Shown here in pieces: positions 46,120 through 56,200 of a stretch of 64,000 nucleotides of DNA. Made by a program: the position numbers and the translations under genes. The notes under the pieces are model-generated. The model saw nothing but the letters and a program-made list of their open reading frames with translations, ran no database searches and was not told where the DNA came from. Origin of the DNA: a virus. The first letter of the stretch is position 1. Every line of letters starts with the position of its first letter. The stretch lies in the IMG/VR virus record IMGVR_UViG_3300025383_000010. The stretch is one strand, 5' to 3'.

Positions 46120-46668
46120 ATGAAGATAGGCCTTAGTAAATCTGTAATCACCCAAGATGGTGTGACTTATGATGCCATTGAGCAGGGATGGTACAATACC
46201 ATTCGTGGGCATAGCCTATTTGTCGTCCCCAACACAATGAATCAAGACTTCAATGCAATGGCCAATGACCTAGACTCATTGATTATCACTGCTGGAAATG
46301 ACAACGCAACAAGACGTAACGTTGAAATAGAACTAGCTAACAAGATGCTTGAACGTGGCAAACCTGTCGTGGGTATTGCGAGAGGTGCCTTTTTAGCTGC
46401 GGAAATGATCGGTGGCACAGTTGAACCGATTAATAATCACAATGGATTGGATCATCCCATCTTCTATCATAGAGAAGTACGCGAAGTTAACAGCAATCAT
46501 GGCTACTGCATCAAAAGTCTACCTGATAGTGCAAACATTCTTTGCTTAGATTACTTGGGTAATCCAGAAGCGTTTATCAATGGTAACATCGCAGGCATTG
46601 TTTGGAATCCAGAAAGGATGAAGGAACCTTGGATTCCGCCTGAAATCGCATATATGCTCCGCATTTGA
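46120..46668 (+). CDS. Class I glutamine amidotransferase / peptidase C26-like protein, catalytic Cys and His lost
   Basis: KPVVGIARG (canonical GICRG), VNSNH, GIVWNPE (canonical WHPE). Confidence 0.75.
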   Translation: MKIGLSKSVITQDGVTYDAIEQGWYNTIRGHSLFVVPNTMNQDFNAMANDLDSLIITAGNDNATRRNVEIELANKMLERGKPVVGIARGAFLAAEMIGGTVEPINNHNGLDHPIFYHREVREVNSNHGYCIKSLPDSANILCLDYLGNPEAFINGNIAGIVWNPERMKEPWIPPEIAYMLRI

Positions 46669-46679
46669 TAAATATATTG

Positions 46680-47258
46680 ATGCGAGCTAAACAATTCATT
46701 ATAGAATCCCCTGTTGACGAACTGGCTGAGAAGTTACCTTCTCTAGCCAAGCACGACTATGACACCATAGATAAGTTGATGCGTAAGATTGCTGAAAAGC
46801 ACAAGATCACAGGTAAAGCATTGCATGATCTATTTGTCAAAAAGTACAAGAAAACACCTGATACTTGGGTTAAGGGCAAGCTAGATGAATCTGATAAAGA
46901 TAATCTTGACCTTGATGCAGAAGTACAAAAGTTTGCCGAGTGGGCAATGCGTAGAGTACACTTAGAGAATCCAATCAAGATTGACTTAAGCTATGACACT
47001 AAGGATGCCCAAGACAATCATCACACTGGTCGTCATATTGAGGGTGATCCTACTATCTGGGTATATGCAAAGAATCGCAATCTTGTAGATATCCTTCGCA
47101 CAGTATTTCACGAAATCGTACACTGCCGTCAAAGCGAACTAGGCATGATCAAGCCAGGTGATAGCTATCCTGGCTCACCTATAGAAGCAATGGCTGATAT
47201 GCTTGCTGGGAAATATATTAAGATTTACGGCGAAAAGCATCACTATATCTTTCAATAA
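46680..47258 (+). CDS. Zincin-like metallopeptidase, putative internal head protein
   Basis: MRAKQFIIE N-terminus; LRTVFHEIVHCRQ (HExxH) and IEAMAD; late promoter 46667-46674. Confidence 0.7.
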   Translation: MRAKQFIIESPVDELAEKLPSLAKHDYDTIDKLMRKIAEKHKITGKALHDLFVKKYKKTPDTWVKGKLDESDKDNLDLDAEVQKFAEWAMRRVHLENPIKIDLSYDTKDAQDNHHTGRHIEGDPTIWVYAKNRNLVDILRTVFHEIVHCRQSELGMIKPGDSYPGSPIEAMADMLAGKYIKIYGEKHHYIFQ

Positions 47259-47323
47259 CGGTTACCAATATAGTTGAATTCTCTGCGTAGTCTGTTATAA
47301 TAACTAGACTAGAAGGAGAAAAC

Positions 47324-47581
47324 ATGTCACGTACATTTAATCAAGAAGCTAAGGTCAAGTTGACCCAGCTCATCAACGAGGGTATCTCGGTTATTCAAGA
47401 AGTCGAAACTCTCAACGAAGGTCTTAACGATACTGTTAAGGCAATTGCAGAAGAACTTGAAGTCAAGCCCTCGATTCTTAAGAAGGCTATCAAGATTGCT
47501 TACAAGCAGCGTCTCAATGAGACGAATGAAGAAAACGAAGAACTCAACAACATCCTGGAGACCGTTGGTAAGACTAACTGA
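47324..47581 (+). CDS. Small dsDNA-binding protein (T4 DsbA/GapR-like)
   Basis: Helical; VKAIAEELEVKPSILKKAIKIAYK; AAGGAG RBS; upstream TTGAAT-16-TATAAT. Confidence 0.55.
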   Translation: MSRTFNQEAKVKLTQLINEGISVIQEVETLNEGLNDTVKAIAEELEVKPSILKKAIKIAYKQRLNETNEENEELNNILETVGKTN

Positions 47582-50289
47582 TGTCATACGTTGATGCTGT
47601 CCTAGATTCCAATGCAGATAAAATCTACGTAGTAGAGCGTACTCCCGAGGGTAAACGCGCCTATAGAGAATATAGTACGAACTATGTTTTCTATCACGAA
47701 GACCCGAAGGGTAAGTATCGCTCTATCTATGGAGATAATGTATCTCGTTTCTCTACTCGTAAGAAACAAGAGTTTGAGAAGGAGAAGAGGATCCATCGCG
47801 GCAAGAGGTTGTTTGAAAGCGATGTTAACGTAGTATTCAGATGTTTGTCTGACAACTATCTTAAGGTTGAACCTCCCAAACTGCACACTTGCTTCTTCGA
47901 TATTGAAGTGGACTTTGACCCGGAGAAGGGTTATAGTCCAACCAGTGATCCATTCAACTCAGTAACAGCAATCACTTGTTATCTGGATTGGCTTGAGCAA
48001 CTTGTTACGCTAGTCATTCCTCCGAAGCATATGACCGATGAGACTGCACAGGAATTGACTAAGGACTTTCCAAACTGTTTTCTGTTTCGCTCTGAAATTG
48101 AAATGTTTGAGACGTTCTTTGATCTAATTGAGGATGCAGACGTTGTTACTGGTTGGAACTCAGAAGGGTATGACGTTCCCTATTGCGTGAATCGCGTTAA
48201 GCGAATCATGACTAAGGACGATACTCGCAAGTTCTGTCTGCTTGGTCAGATGCCTAAGCCTCGTACTTATGAACGCTTTGGTAAGGAAGAGCAGACTTAC
48301 GACTTTGTTGGTCGTATTCATATGGACTATCTGCAACTCTACAAGAAGTACAACTACGAATCTCGCCATAGCTATTCACTAGACGCAATCGGTGAGTATG
48401 AACTAGGTGAACGTAAGACTCCATATGAAGGATCGCTTGATCAGCTTTACAACAAGGACTTCAAGAAGTTCGTAGAGTATAACCGGCAGGATACTATGCT
48501 GGTGTTCAAGATTCACAACAAGCTAAAGTTTCTTGATCTAGCAAATGCGCTAGCTCACGAAAACACCGTACTGCTGCCGACGGTGATGGGTTCGGTGGCA
48601 ATGATTGAAATGGCAATTTATAATGAAGCACATGAACGAGGATTCATCGTTCCTGACAAAAAGCGTCAGGATAGTTACGGTGAAGGACAACAAGCTGCCG
48701 GAGCTTATGTTGCTGTTCCCAAGAAGGGGATTCACGAATGGGTCGGAGCAGTTGACATCAACAGTCTCTACCCCTCAGCAATCCGGGCACTCAACATGGC
48801 CCCAGAAACAATCGTGGGACAGGTTCGACAAACCCTCACAGACCAATACATGCACGAAAAAAGCATCGCCCTCGCAAAACAAAAGCGAAAGAAAAAGAAC
48901 GGAGACGATGCTGACGCAGTTACTGGAGCGATTCTTTGGGAAGGGCTCTTCGGATCGCTAGAATATACTGCTATTATGAACCAAGAGCGCGGGACAATGC
49001 TCACTGTTGACTATGAAGATGGTCGCAGTGTAGAAATGTCTGCTGCTGAGATTTGGAAGATGATCTTTGATAGTAGTCGCCCGTGGATTCTATCTGCGAA
49101 CGGCACCATCTTCACTTATGAACAAGAAGGCATCATTCCAGGTCTATTGAGTCGCTGGTATTCAGAACGTAAGAGTATTCAGAAAGAAGCAAAGGCTGCG
49201 TATGGCACTGATATGTTTGAGTATTACGACAAGCGACAGCTAGTCCGTAAGATTTTGCTTAACTCAGCATATGGCGCACTTCTAAACGAACACTGTAGAT
49301 TCTACGATAAGCGTATTGGTCAATCAGTTACGTTGAGTGGTCGTCAAGTCGTTAAGCACATGATGAGCCAGATCAATGAAACTATCGCAGAAAAGTATCA
49401 ACACGACGGTGATGCGATTGTGTATGGCGATACTGACAGTTGCTACTTCACTGCATATCCGATCTTGAAGGATCAGATTGATTCAGGCGAACTTACATGG
49501 ACTAAGGAAACTTGCATTGACTTGTATGACCAAATTGCAGAGTTGACTAACGCTAGCTTCCCTGCTTTCATGGAACGTGCATTTCACTGCCCTCGTAAGA
49601 ACGGCGAAGTGATTAAAGCTGGGCGTGAACTTATCGGTGATCGCACCCTCTTTATCACTAAGAAGCGGTATGCAATCAACATCTTTGACTTAGAAGGCAA
49701 GCGTCAAGATATTGACGGCAAGATGGGTAAGATCAAGGCTATGGGTCTTGATCTTAAAAGAGCAGATACTCCCAAGTATGTTCAAGAATTCCTAATGGAA
49801 GTTCTTAAGATGGTACTAGGTGGTTCTACTAGAGAGGAAGTTGTAGCTAAAATTCGTGAATTCAAGAAGTGGCTGAGTGAGCAAGATAGTTGGACTAAGG
49901 GTTCTCCTAAGAGTGTCAACAATCTAACTAATCACACTATCAAGTTTGAAAAGACTGGTAAGTGTGCGGTTGGTCATGCAAGAGCAGCTATTAACTACAA
50001 CTATTTACGTAAGATGAACGGTGACCAGTATAGTCAAAAGATTGTAGACGGCATGAAGGTTATCGTTTGCTCATTGAAGGATAATCCACTGGGCTTTACT
50101 AATGTGGCATATCCAACAGATGAACTTCGTCTTCCGCAATGGTTCCTTGATCTTCCCTTTGATGATCTTGACATGGAACGCAAGCTAGTTGACGAGAAGA
50201 TTGACAACTTGCTAGGCGTTCTTGACTGGGACATTCGCAGCGATACCAATACTAATAGCACATTTGATGACTTGTTTAGTTTCGGATAA
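47581..50289 (+). CDS. Family B DNA polymerase (T4 gp43-like)
   Basis: Exonuclease FFDIEV, GWNSEGYDVPY, YNRQD; polymerase DINSLYPS, KILLNSAYG, YGDTDS, KKRY. Confidence 0.96.
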   Translation: MSYVDAVLDSNADKIYVVERTPEGKRAYREYSTNYVFYHEDPKGKYRSIYGDNVSRFSTRKKQEFEKEKRIHRGKRLFESDVNVVFRCLSDNYLKVEPPKLHTCFFDIEVDFDPEKGYSPTSDPFNSVTAITCYLDWLEQLVTLVIPPKHMTDETAQELTKDFPNCFLFRSEIEMFETFFDLIEDADVVTGWNSEGYDVPYCVNRVKRIMTKDDTRKFCLLGQMPKPRTYERFGKEEQTYDFVGRIHMDYLQLYKKYNYESRHSYSLDAIGEYELGERKTPYEGSLDQLYNKDFKKFVEYNRQDTMLVFKIHNKLKFLDLANALAHENTVLLPTVMGSVAMIEMAIYNEAHERGFIVPDKKRQDSYGEGQQAAGAYVAVPKKGIHEWVGAVDINSLYPSAIRALNMAPETIVGQVRQTLTDQYMHEKSIALAKQKRKKKNGDDADAVTGAILWEGLFGSLEYTAIMNQERGTMLTVDYEDGRSVEMSAAEIWKMIFDSSRPWILSANGTIFTYEQEGIIPGLLSRWYSERKSIQKEAKAAYGTDMFEYYDKRQLVRKILLNSAYGALLNEHCRFYDKRIGQSVTLSGRQVVKHMMSQINETIAEKYQHDGDAIVYGDTDSCYFTAYPILKDQIDSGELTWTKETCIDLYDQIAELTNASFPAFMERAFHCPRKNGEVIKAGRELIGDRTLFITKKRYAINIFDLEGKRQDIDGKMGKIKAMGLDLKRADTPKYVQEFLMEVLKMVLGGSTREEVVAKIREFKKWLSEQDSWTKGSPKSVNNLTNHTIKFEKTGKCAVGHARAAINYNYLRKMNGDQYSQKIVDGMKVIVCSLKDNPLGFTNVAYPTDELRLPQWFLDLPFDDLDMERKLVDEKIDNLLGVLDWDIRSDTNTNSTFDDLFSFG

Positions 50290-50297
50290 ACAACTAA

Positions 50298-50326
50298 TTG
50301 ACTTTTGCAAAGTATTCCACTATAAT
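50298..50326 (+). promoter_or_regulatory. sigma70-type promoter TTGACT-17-TATAAT
   Basis: Near-perfect consensus. Confidence 0.75.
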
Positions 50327-50364
50327 ACACACAATACAAACCTAAATATCATAAAGGATGAAAC

Positions 50365-50559
50365 ATGAATATTGATTTTGAAAAGTTCGACACCGAAGAA
50401 AAGATTGCGTGTCTTCGCAGTGACCTAGATGAGATTATGCGTCATTTAGATATGCGTAGCTATTACGTTAGCAAGGCTGAAATGGCGGAACGCATCGCAG
50501 AAACTGAGGCTGACCGGAAGCGTCGGGCCCGACGCGCCGAAATTATTGCAAGTTTATAA
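50365..50559 (+). CDS. Hypothetical protein
   Basis: AAGGA RBS. Confidence 0.55.
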   Translation: MNIDFEKFDTEEKIACLRSDLDEIMRHLDMRSYYVSKAEMAERIAETEADRKRRARRAEIIASL

Positions 50560-50569
50560 AGGAAAAACA

Positions 50570-51304
50570 ATGAAAGACTACCTATTGGACTTAATTCAGC
50601 ACACTCAGGGTTTGGGTGTTGTTGACCTCGTAAAGATTGATGGCACTGATACTGAAACTAAGGTTTCTGCTTATGCTGATGATCGCTCAGTTGTCGTTAC
50701 TGGCGTTCTTAACGCTCCGATTTCTCAATTTAAGGGCGTATTCGGTATGCCTAACTTGACTAAGCTCAAGACTATTCTTAGCTTTGATGACTTGTACGAT
50801 GATAAGGCTATCATCAACGTCACTACTAAGGACGTTGATGGAACTCAGATTCCAAGTGCTATTCACTTTGAAACTGCAACGGGCGACTTCGTTAACGACT
50901 ATCGCTTGATGGCTAAGAACATTGTTGAAGACAAGGTTAAGACTGTTTCGTTTCGTGGTACTACTTGGGACGTAGAGTTTACTCCTACTGTTGATGGTAT
51001 TCAGCGTCTTAAGAAGCAGGCTCAGGCTAACAGCGAAGAAATCACTTTCACTACTAAGACTGACAATGGTGATCTTAAGATTTACTTTGGTGATCCCTCA
51101 ACTCACTCAGGCAACTTTGTCTTCCAGCCGAGTGTAAGTGGTACGTTGAACAAGCCTTGGAACTGGCCTGTCAAGGTCTTTCTCGCAATCATGGATCTTC
51201 CGGGTGAGAAGACTGTTCGCTTCGCTGATGCAGGCGCTGCTGAAATCGTTGTTGATAGCGGTTTCGCTACTTGGACTTATTTGCTTCCCGCACAGGCTAA
51301 GTAA
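50570..51304 (+). CDS. Probable sliding clamp / processivity factor
   Basis: ~244 aa alpha/beta protein just downstream of polB in a genome with a clamp loader; clamp-like C-terminus (GAAEIVVDSG...YLLPAQ); inference from context. Confidence 0.5.
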   Translation: MKDYLLDLIQHTQGLGVVDLVKIDGTDTETKVSAYADDRSVVVTGVLNAPISQFKGVFGMPNLTKLKTILSFDDLYDDKAIINVTTKDVDGTQIPSAIHFETATGDFVNDYRLMAKNIVEDKVKTVSFRGTTWDVEFTPTVDGIQRLKKQAQANSEEITFTTKTDNGDLKIYFGDPSTHSGNFVFQPSVSGTLNKPWNWPVKVFLAIMDLPGEKTVRFADAGAAEIVVDSGFATWTYLLPAQAK

Positions 51305-51657
51305 TGCTTAAGACTATCAACGGTTCTGGTAGATATATGATGGTCAACGGTGGAATGCCTGCGACCACATATATTAACAACAGTTCAGGACTGGGCGCTG
51401 GAAACATTAGATGGAACGCCAGCACTCAATCTATGGAAGTCTATGATGGTTATACCTGGATGCAGATTAACACTAGCCATGCTAGTGTTGGTCTAACTCC
51501 TGATGCTGAATCTGCACTTTCTTGGGCTATCAAGAAGCAATATGAAGAAGCAGAACTTGAAAGGCTGGCTAAGTCTAACCCTACCATCGCTGATCTTGTG
51601 GAACAGAAAAAGAACCTTGACCACAAAATAAAGATGGTCCAAACATTAGTAAAATAG
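51304..51657 (+). CDS. Hypothetical protein
   Basis: GNIRWN...MEVYDGYTW. Confidence 0.65.
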   Translation: MLKTINGSGRYMMVNGGMPATTYINNSSGLGAGNIRWNASTQSMEVYDGYTWMQINTSHASVGLTPDAESALSWAIKKQYEEAELERLAKSNPTIADLVEQKKNLDHKIKMVQTLVK

Positions 51658-51666
51658 GATCCTACA

Positions 51667-53226
51667 TTGGAACAAATTAATCTCTCCGCAGCACATAACC
51701 CAGATTGGGCGTTGTTTCTGCCAGCAGTCTCGTCTTTCTTCATTGCCGGCTTAGGCAAGCAGCGTGAAGGTGAAAACTATTTTGACCCAGCGAGAATCCC
51801 TGCGGCCTTCAACGGTGATGTTGAGAAGTTAAACTTCCTTAATGAGAAGGAAGGATTGTATACGTACAAGTGGGGACTATATTCTGCGGGTCACGCGAAT
51901 CTGGATATTACTAAGGATGACAATAACGAATCTATCATCCGCAAGAGAGATAGACAGAATACTTTTCTGCTAGGAGACTCGGGCGGGTTCCAGATTCTTA
52001 AATGTCAGTGGCCCGCAGATTGGAAAGACCCCAACTGCCCCCGCGCAATGAAGAAGCGTCAACAAGTTCTTACTTGGATGGATGAGTACATGGACTATGG
52101 CATGTGTCTTGATATTCCATCACAGTCACTAACAACTTATCACATTAAGGATAAGAAGACTGGCAAATCTGCACATGGTATCAGCACGATCCAAGAAGCA
52201 ATTACTGCTACTCATATCAATAACGAATACTTCATCCAAAATCGTGATGGTCGCTGCAAGTTCTTAAACGTACTACAGGGTCGCAATCATAAGCAGTCAG
52301 ATGACTGGTATGAAGAAATGAAGAAGTATTGCGATACTAGCATCTACGGTGATCGTGCATTCAATGGCTGGGCGTTCGGTGGTCAGAATAAGATTGACAT
52401 TCACTTGATGCTAAAGCGTTTGGTTGGCATCATTCACGATGGCTTTCTTGAAGAAGGCAAGCATGATCTAATTCACTGTCTTGGTACTAGTATCATGGAA
52501 TATGCTGTTCTCTTTACCGATATTCAAAGAGCAGTTCGTAAGCATCATAATCCAAAGTTCCAAATTACATTTGACTGTGCTAGCCCGTTCTTTGCTGCTG
52601 CTAAGGGTCTTGCTTATAACAATAACACGTTTGAACATGACACTAAGTGGACTTATGCAATGGAAAAGACTGCGGAAGCTAAGAAGTATTCAACTGATAC
52701 CCGCAAGTTCAGTGATGGTGTCTTAGCTGATAATATTCACAAAGTCTTCACTGACAGTCCAGTTACCGATCTAATGGTCATGAAAGACCTTTGCTATCGT
52801 GGTAAGGGCTTTCTTGGTCAGCATGGTAAGGAAACAAAGACTAGCTGGGACACTCTTAGCTATACATTGATTCAGGCTCACAATGTCTATCAGCATATGT
52901 CTGCTGTCCAAGAAGCAAATCGTAGATATGAACAGGGAATCAAACCAAAGATGGTTATGGATCCTCTTGGTCATCTTAACTTTGCTGACATTGTTGATGA
53001 GATTTTCTCATTGAAGGATCGTGAAAAGAGTCTTGCAATGATTGATCAGTACAGCAAGTTTTGGATGCAGATGAAGGCTGGTCAAGGATTCAGTGGCAAG
53101 AAAACTATGAACGCACATACTATGTTTGACCAGTTGTTTAGCATTGATGAACCGGTCAATGATGATCCTGAAATTGATGAAATCATTGAGGATAGTGATG
53201 ATGCAATGGCAGAAGTTCTTGATTGA
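51667..53226 (+). CDS. TGT-fold transglycosylase, DpdA-like (7-deazaguanine insertion)
   Basis: LGDSGGFQI, MCLDIP, LNVLQG, GWAFGG, IHCLGTS, TFDCASP; neighbours folE/queD/queE. Confidence 0.75.
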   Translation: MEQINLSAAHNPDWALFLPAVSSFFIAGLGKQREGENYFDPARIPAAFNGDVEKLNFLNEKEGLYTYKWGLYSAGHANLDITKDDNNESIIRKRDRQNTFLLGDSGGFQILKCQWPADWKDPNCPRAMKKRQQVLTWMDEYMDYGMCLDIPSQSLTTYHIKDKKTGKSAHGISTIQEAITATHINNEYFIQNRDGRCKFLNVLQGRNHKQSDDWYEEMKKYCDTSIYGDRAFNGWAFGGQNKIDIHLMLKRLVGIIHDGFLEEGKHDLIHCLGTSIMEYAVLFTDIQRAVRKHHNPKFQITFDCASPFFAAAKGLAYNNNTFEHDTKWTYAMEKTAEAKKYSTDTRKFSDGVLADNIHKVFTDSPVTDLMVMKDLCYRGKGFLGQHGKETKTSWDTLSYTLIQAHNVYQHMSAVQEANRRYEQGIKPKMVMDPLGHLNFADIVDEIFSLKDREKSLAMIDQYSKFWMQMKAGQGFSGKKTMNAHTMFDQLFSIDEPVNDDPEIDEIIEDSDDAMAEVLD

Positions 53227-53273
53227 CCAAAACATTTGCGTTTATAACAACAAAGTGATAAAGTAAAAACATA

Positions 53274-53735
53274 ATGACTATTGAAACATATATCTTGCAG
53301 ACTCAGGCTGATACTCGCAATAGAATCAATAACGCTGCAAAGCGTATGATTTGGGTTACGTTTCAGCGTGAAGGCATTCACATGTATCCCGGTGCAGACA
53401 CCGACAAGAGCTTGGCAACTGGCGACGAATATGACGTTAGTTTCCTAGGATACCCGCATCGTCACATCTTTCATTTCAAGGTGGCGATTCAGGTAACACA
53501 CAATGACCGTGACATTGAGTTTATTCAGTTCAAACGATGGCTAGAGAATAGCTTTAAGGATGGAGTGATGCAGCTTGATCATAAGTCTTGTGAAATGATT
53601 TGTGATGATCTATATCAGTTTATCGCAAGTCGCTACCCCAACCGTGACATTGAAATCACTGTCAGTGAAGATGGTGAGAACGGTGCCACAATTTACTACA
53701 ACACAACTAAACCTTATCAATCACTAACCATTTAA
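53274..53735 (+). CDS. QueD-paralogous T-fold protein (DpdL-like)
   Basis: EGIHMYP...FLGYPHRHIFHF...HNDRDIEFI...SCEMI...VSEDGENGA. Confidence 0.7.
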   Translation: MTIETYILQTQADTRNRINNAAKRMIWVTFQREGIHMYPGADTDKSLATGDEYDVSFLGYPHRHIFHFKVAIQVTHNDRDIEFIQFKRWLENSFKDGVMQLDHKSCEMICDDLYQFIASRYPNRDIEITVSEDGENGATIYYNTTKPYQSLTI

Positions 53736-53745
53736 GGAAAATAAA

Positions 53746-53973
53746 ATGGCAAAGAATACCACTAAGTCTAACGCTCGGGTCAATCAGATTTTTGAAGACC
53801 TTGACAAGTATCGCAACTTCTGCCGTGACTACGGTTATCGTTTTGACGAAGCCGAACTTTACAATAGCAGAAGCTATGTTTATCGTCAGTTCCAGAAGTT
53901 TGTCATTGGCAAGCCAGTGAAGAATCAGTGGGAAATTGACTTGGCTCGTTTCAAGGAACAGGGCCGAGGCTAA
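53746..53973 (+). CDS. Hypothetical protein
   Basis: IFEDLDKYRNFCRDYGYRFDEAELY; AAGGA RBS. Confidence 0.65.
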   Translation: MAKNTTKSNARVNQIFEDLDKYRNFCRDYGYRFDEAELYNSRSYVYRQFQKFVIGKPVKNQWEIDLARFKEQGRG

Positions 53974-53994
53974 TATAATACAGAACGGGGACAT

Positions 53995-55173
53995 ATGAGA
54001 AAACTATTCTACATGGGCTTAGAAGCCTATAACGCAAGGTACACTCTACAGCTTACAGAGTGGAACAAGCGCGTCTTTGATCGGCGCGGGATTGATGTCG
54101 TGTATGTCCCCGGTCTGACTCTTGATAATAGCCAAAAGATTGTAACTGGTCAGGTGCTTGATGCACATGGTCGTTCATACTTTGGCATGAGTCAAATGAT
54201 GAACCTTGTTAAGATGATGCAGCAAGGTGAGGTAACGAGCGAAGACGTAATCTACTTTGAAGATATGTTCCAGCCGGGCTTTGAATCATTGCCCTATATC
54301 ATTGACCAGCTTCCCGAAGATAAGCAGCCGAAAATCTTTGTGCGCTGCCTTGCACAGACAATTGACCCCGATGACTTTGTTCATGTGTGGGGAATGGATC
54401 GCTGGATGAGAGCATATGAACAGATGGTATGCTCTAGTGTATCAGGTGTTCTCGCAACTAACGAAGAAATGGTTGCACACATGAAGGTTGCAGGATGGGA
54501 CGTTCCTATCTACAATATTTCAGGTCTTGCATTCGGTAAGGATGAAGTGACTGAAAGAGTAGACAACTATATTACTCCATTTAGTTCACGTAGATTGCGT
54601 GTTGTATTCAGTGCCCGTTGGGATCAAGAGAAGCAACCTGACTTCTACATGGACTTGATTGATGTATGGCATGAACGCTATCCTAGCAAGGATGTTGAGT
54701 TTGTTGTTTGCAGCGGCGGTGAACTAAAGAGCAACAACGATAGCTACATGGCTCGCACTCGCAAGATGGTCGAAGATGGCAAGTTAATCATCTATGATAA
54801 TCTTGACAAGAACAAGTATTACGAGATTGTCAACAACAGTCGCGTAGTGTTCAACTGTGCATTGCAAGATTGGGTATCTAATACTGTAAGTGAAGCTGAT
54901 GCACTCGGTTGCAATGTTCTATACCCTGCGTATCGTAGCTTCCCCGAAACATTTGCAAATGACCATGAGCGTATGTATATCCCTTGGTCTATTGATGATG
55001 CTATTGCTAAGCTAGATGTATTGTTGAAGAAGCCGCATCCTAATATGGGCAACATCAGCGATTGGACTGATGGCACTATTGATCGTATCTGTGACATTCT
55101 TGAAGGCAAGGGTCAGAAGTATCTGCGCGACAGTGCTGACTACAGAAAACATACTCGTGAAGCGAAGTATTGA
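53995..55173 (+). CDS. GT-B (GT4-like) glycosyltransferase
   Basis: VVFSARWDQEKQP, VFNCALQDWVSNTVSEADALGC..LYP.YRSFPE. Confidence 0.75.
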   Translation: MRKLFYMGLEAYNARYTLQLTEWNKRVFDRRGIDVVYVPGLTLDNSQKIVTGQVLDAHGRSYFGMSQMMNLVKMMQQGEVTSEDVIYFEDMFQPGFESLPYIIDQLPEDKQPKIFVRCLAQTIDPDDFVHVWGMDRWMRAYEQMVCSSVSGVLATNEEMVAHMKVAGWDVPIYNISGLAFGKDEVTERVDNYITPFSSRRLRVVFSARWDQEKQPDFYMDLIDVWHERYPSKDVEFVVCSGGELKSNNDSYMARTRKMVEDGKLIIYDNLDKNKYYEIVNNSRVVFNCALQDWVSNTVSEADALGCNVLYPAYRSFPETFANDHERMYIPWSIDDAIAKLDVLLKKPHPNMGNISDWTDGTIDRICDILEGKGQKYLRDSADYRKHTREAKY

Positions 55174-55424
55174 TGCATATCAATACGATAGATGAACAGG
55201 TTCAGCATATTATGTTGAAGTATCTATATGATGTTGCTGATGATTTTACCTGTATGCGATTAATGATGGAACTGCTTCCGATTGTCGGCGAAAGAGCAGG
55301 TTTGTTGGTATTAGCAGAATCCAAGACTGACTCGCTTGAGGTATCATTTACCAACAACACAACCGGATTGCTCAATAAGTTTATCCTAGCAAACGGGCAG
55401 GTGAAGGACAAAACTAAAGAATAA
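55170..55424 (+). CDS. Hypothetical protein
   Basis: Coupled ORF. Confidence 0.5.
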   Translation: MMHINTIDEQVQHIMLKYLYDVADDFTCMRLMMELLPIVGERAGLLVLAESKTDSLEVSFTNNTTGLLNKFILANGQVKDKTKE

Positions 55425-55438
55425 AAGTACATATCTAA

Positions 55439-55520
55439 GATAAATAATGTTGTTACAGGCGGTAACAACATTGAAGCATATGCTTCCGTTGAGCATTAAC
55501 GATAGATGCTTTGGAGAGAG
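55439..55520 (+). promoter_or_regulatory. Late promoter and multi-hairpin leader
   Basis: GATAAATA 55439-55446; AATGTTGTTAC-AGGCG-GTAACAACATT; GAAGCATATGCTTC palindrome; AGCAT..ATGCT just before GGAG. Confidence 0.55.
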
Positions 55521-55522
55521 AT

Positions 55523-56200
55523 ATGTATAAACTATACAAAATAACCAATTCGGTTAATAACAAGCTATATATCGGTATAACTAAACTGAAGATTGAGCAA
55601 CGATGGTCTCAACATGTAAAAGATTCCGAAAATCCTGAATATCCCCTGCACCGAGCGATAAAGAAATACGGAGCGGATAGTTTTGCGGTTGAACTACTAG
55701 AAGAATCGGATGATCGGAACTATATCAGTGAGTTAGAAGAACCCACTATTCAAAAATACAACAGCAGAAAAGATGGATACAACGTTGCTAAAGGGGGTTA
55801 CGGAGGGGACCTCGGTCCAGAAGCCAATCGGAAACGAAGCACTACCTTATTAAATCGTCCCGAAGATGTTAAAAAGCACTATTCTGATATGCAGCGCAGC
55901 CGGCGGCTAGGTAAAACCAAAGACAATGATCAAGGTAGGAAGGCCCAATCCGAAAAGATAAAAGGCAACGCCTTTGCTCAAGGGCTAACACATTCGCTCG
56001 AAACCAAACAAATAATAAGCGAAGCTAATAAGGGTCCAAAGTCCCAAAAGACTAGACAAAAGATGAGCGAAAGTGCTATACTTAATAATAACGGAGCAAG
56101 ATTTGAGAGACACAACAGTTGTTGTCTCTGTTGCCGCCGAGAGTTTAATAAGGGCAACCTAGTACAACATTTAAGAAGGATGAATAAGAATGAGCTTTAA
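55523..56200 (+). CDS. GIY-YIG homing endonuclease with NUMOD3
   Basis: KLYKITNSVNNKLYIGIT...RWSQH...LEE..I..YN....GYN...GG; THSLETKQIISEA. Confidence 0.9.
   Translation: MYKLYKITNSVNNKLYIGITKLKIEQRWSQHVKDSENPEYPLHRAIKKYGADSFAVELLEESDDRNYISELEEPTIQKYNSRKDGYNVAKGGYGGDLGPEANRKRSTTLLNRPEDVKKHYSDMQRSRRLGKTKDNDQGRKAQSEKIKGNAFAQGLTHSLETKQIISEANKGPKSQKTRQKMSESAILNNNGARFERHNSCCLCCRREFNKGNLVQHLRRMNKNEL

Noticed and set aside
45504-46151. 215-aa minus-strand ORF
   Set aside because: Antisense to the porin gene and crosses its terminator; no recognisable motifs
47581-50289. Intron or intein in the DNA polymerase
   Set aside because: Continuous 902-aa ORF with all motifs in order and no intein signatures
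51667-53226. Ordinary tRNA-guanine transglycosylase for queuosine
   Set aside because: Divergent, longer protein with no evident CxCxxC zinc motif of bacterial TGT; phage context with folE/queD/queE favours a DpdA-like role, though a tRNA substrate is not excluded
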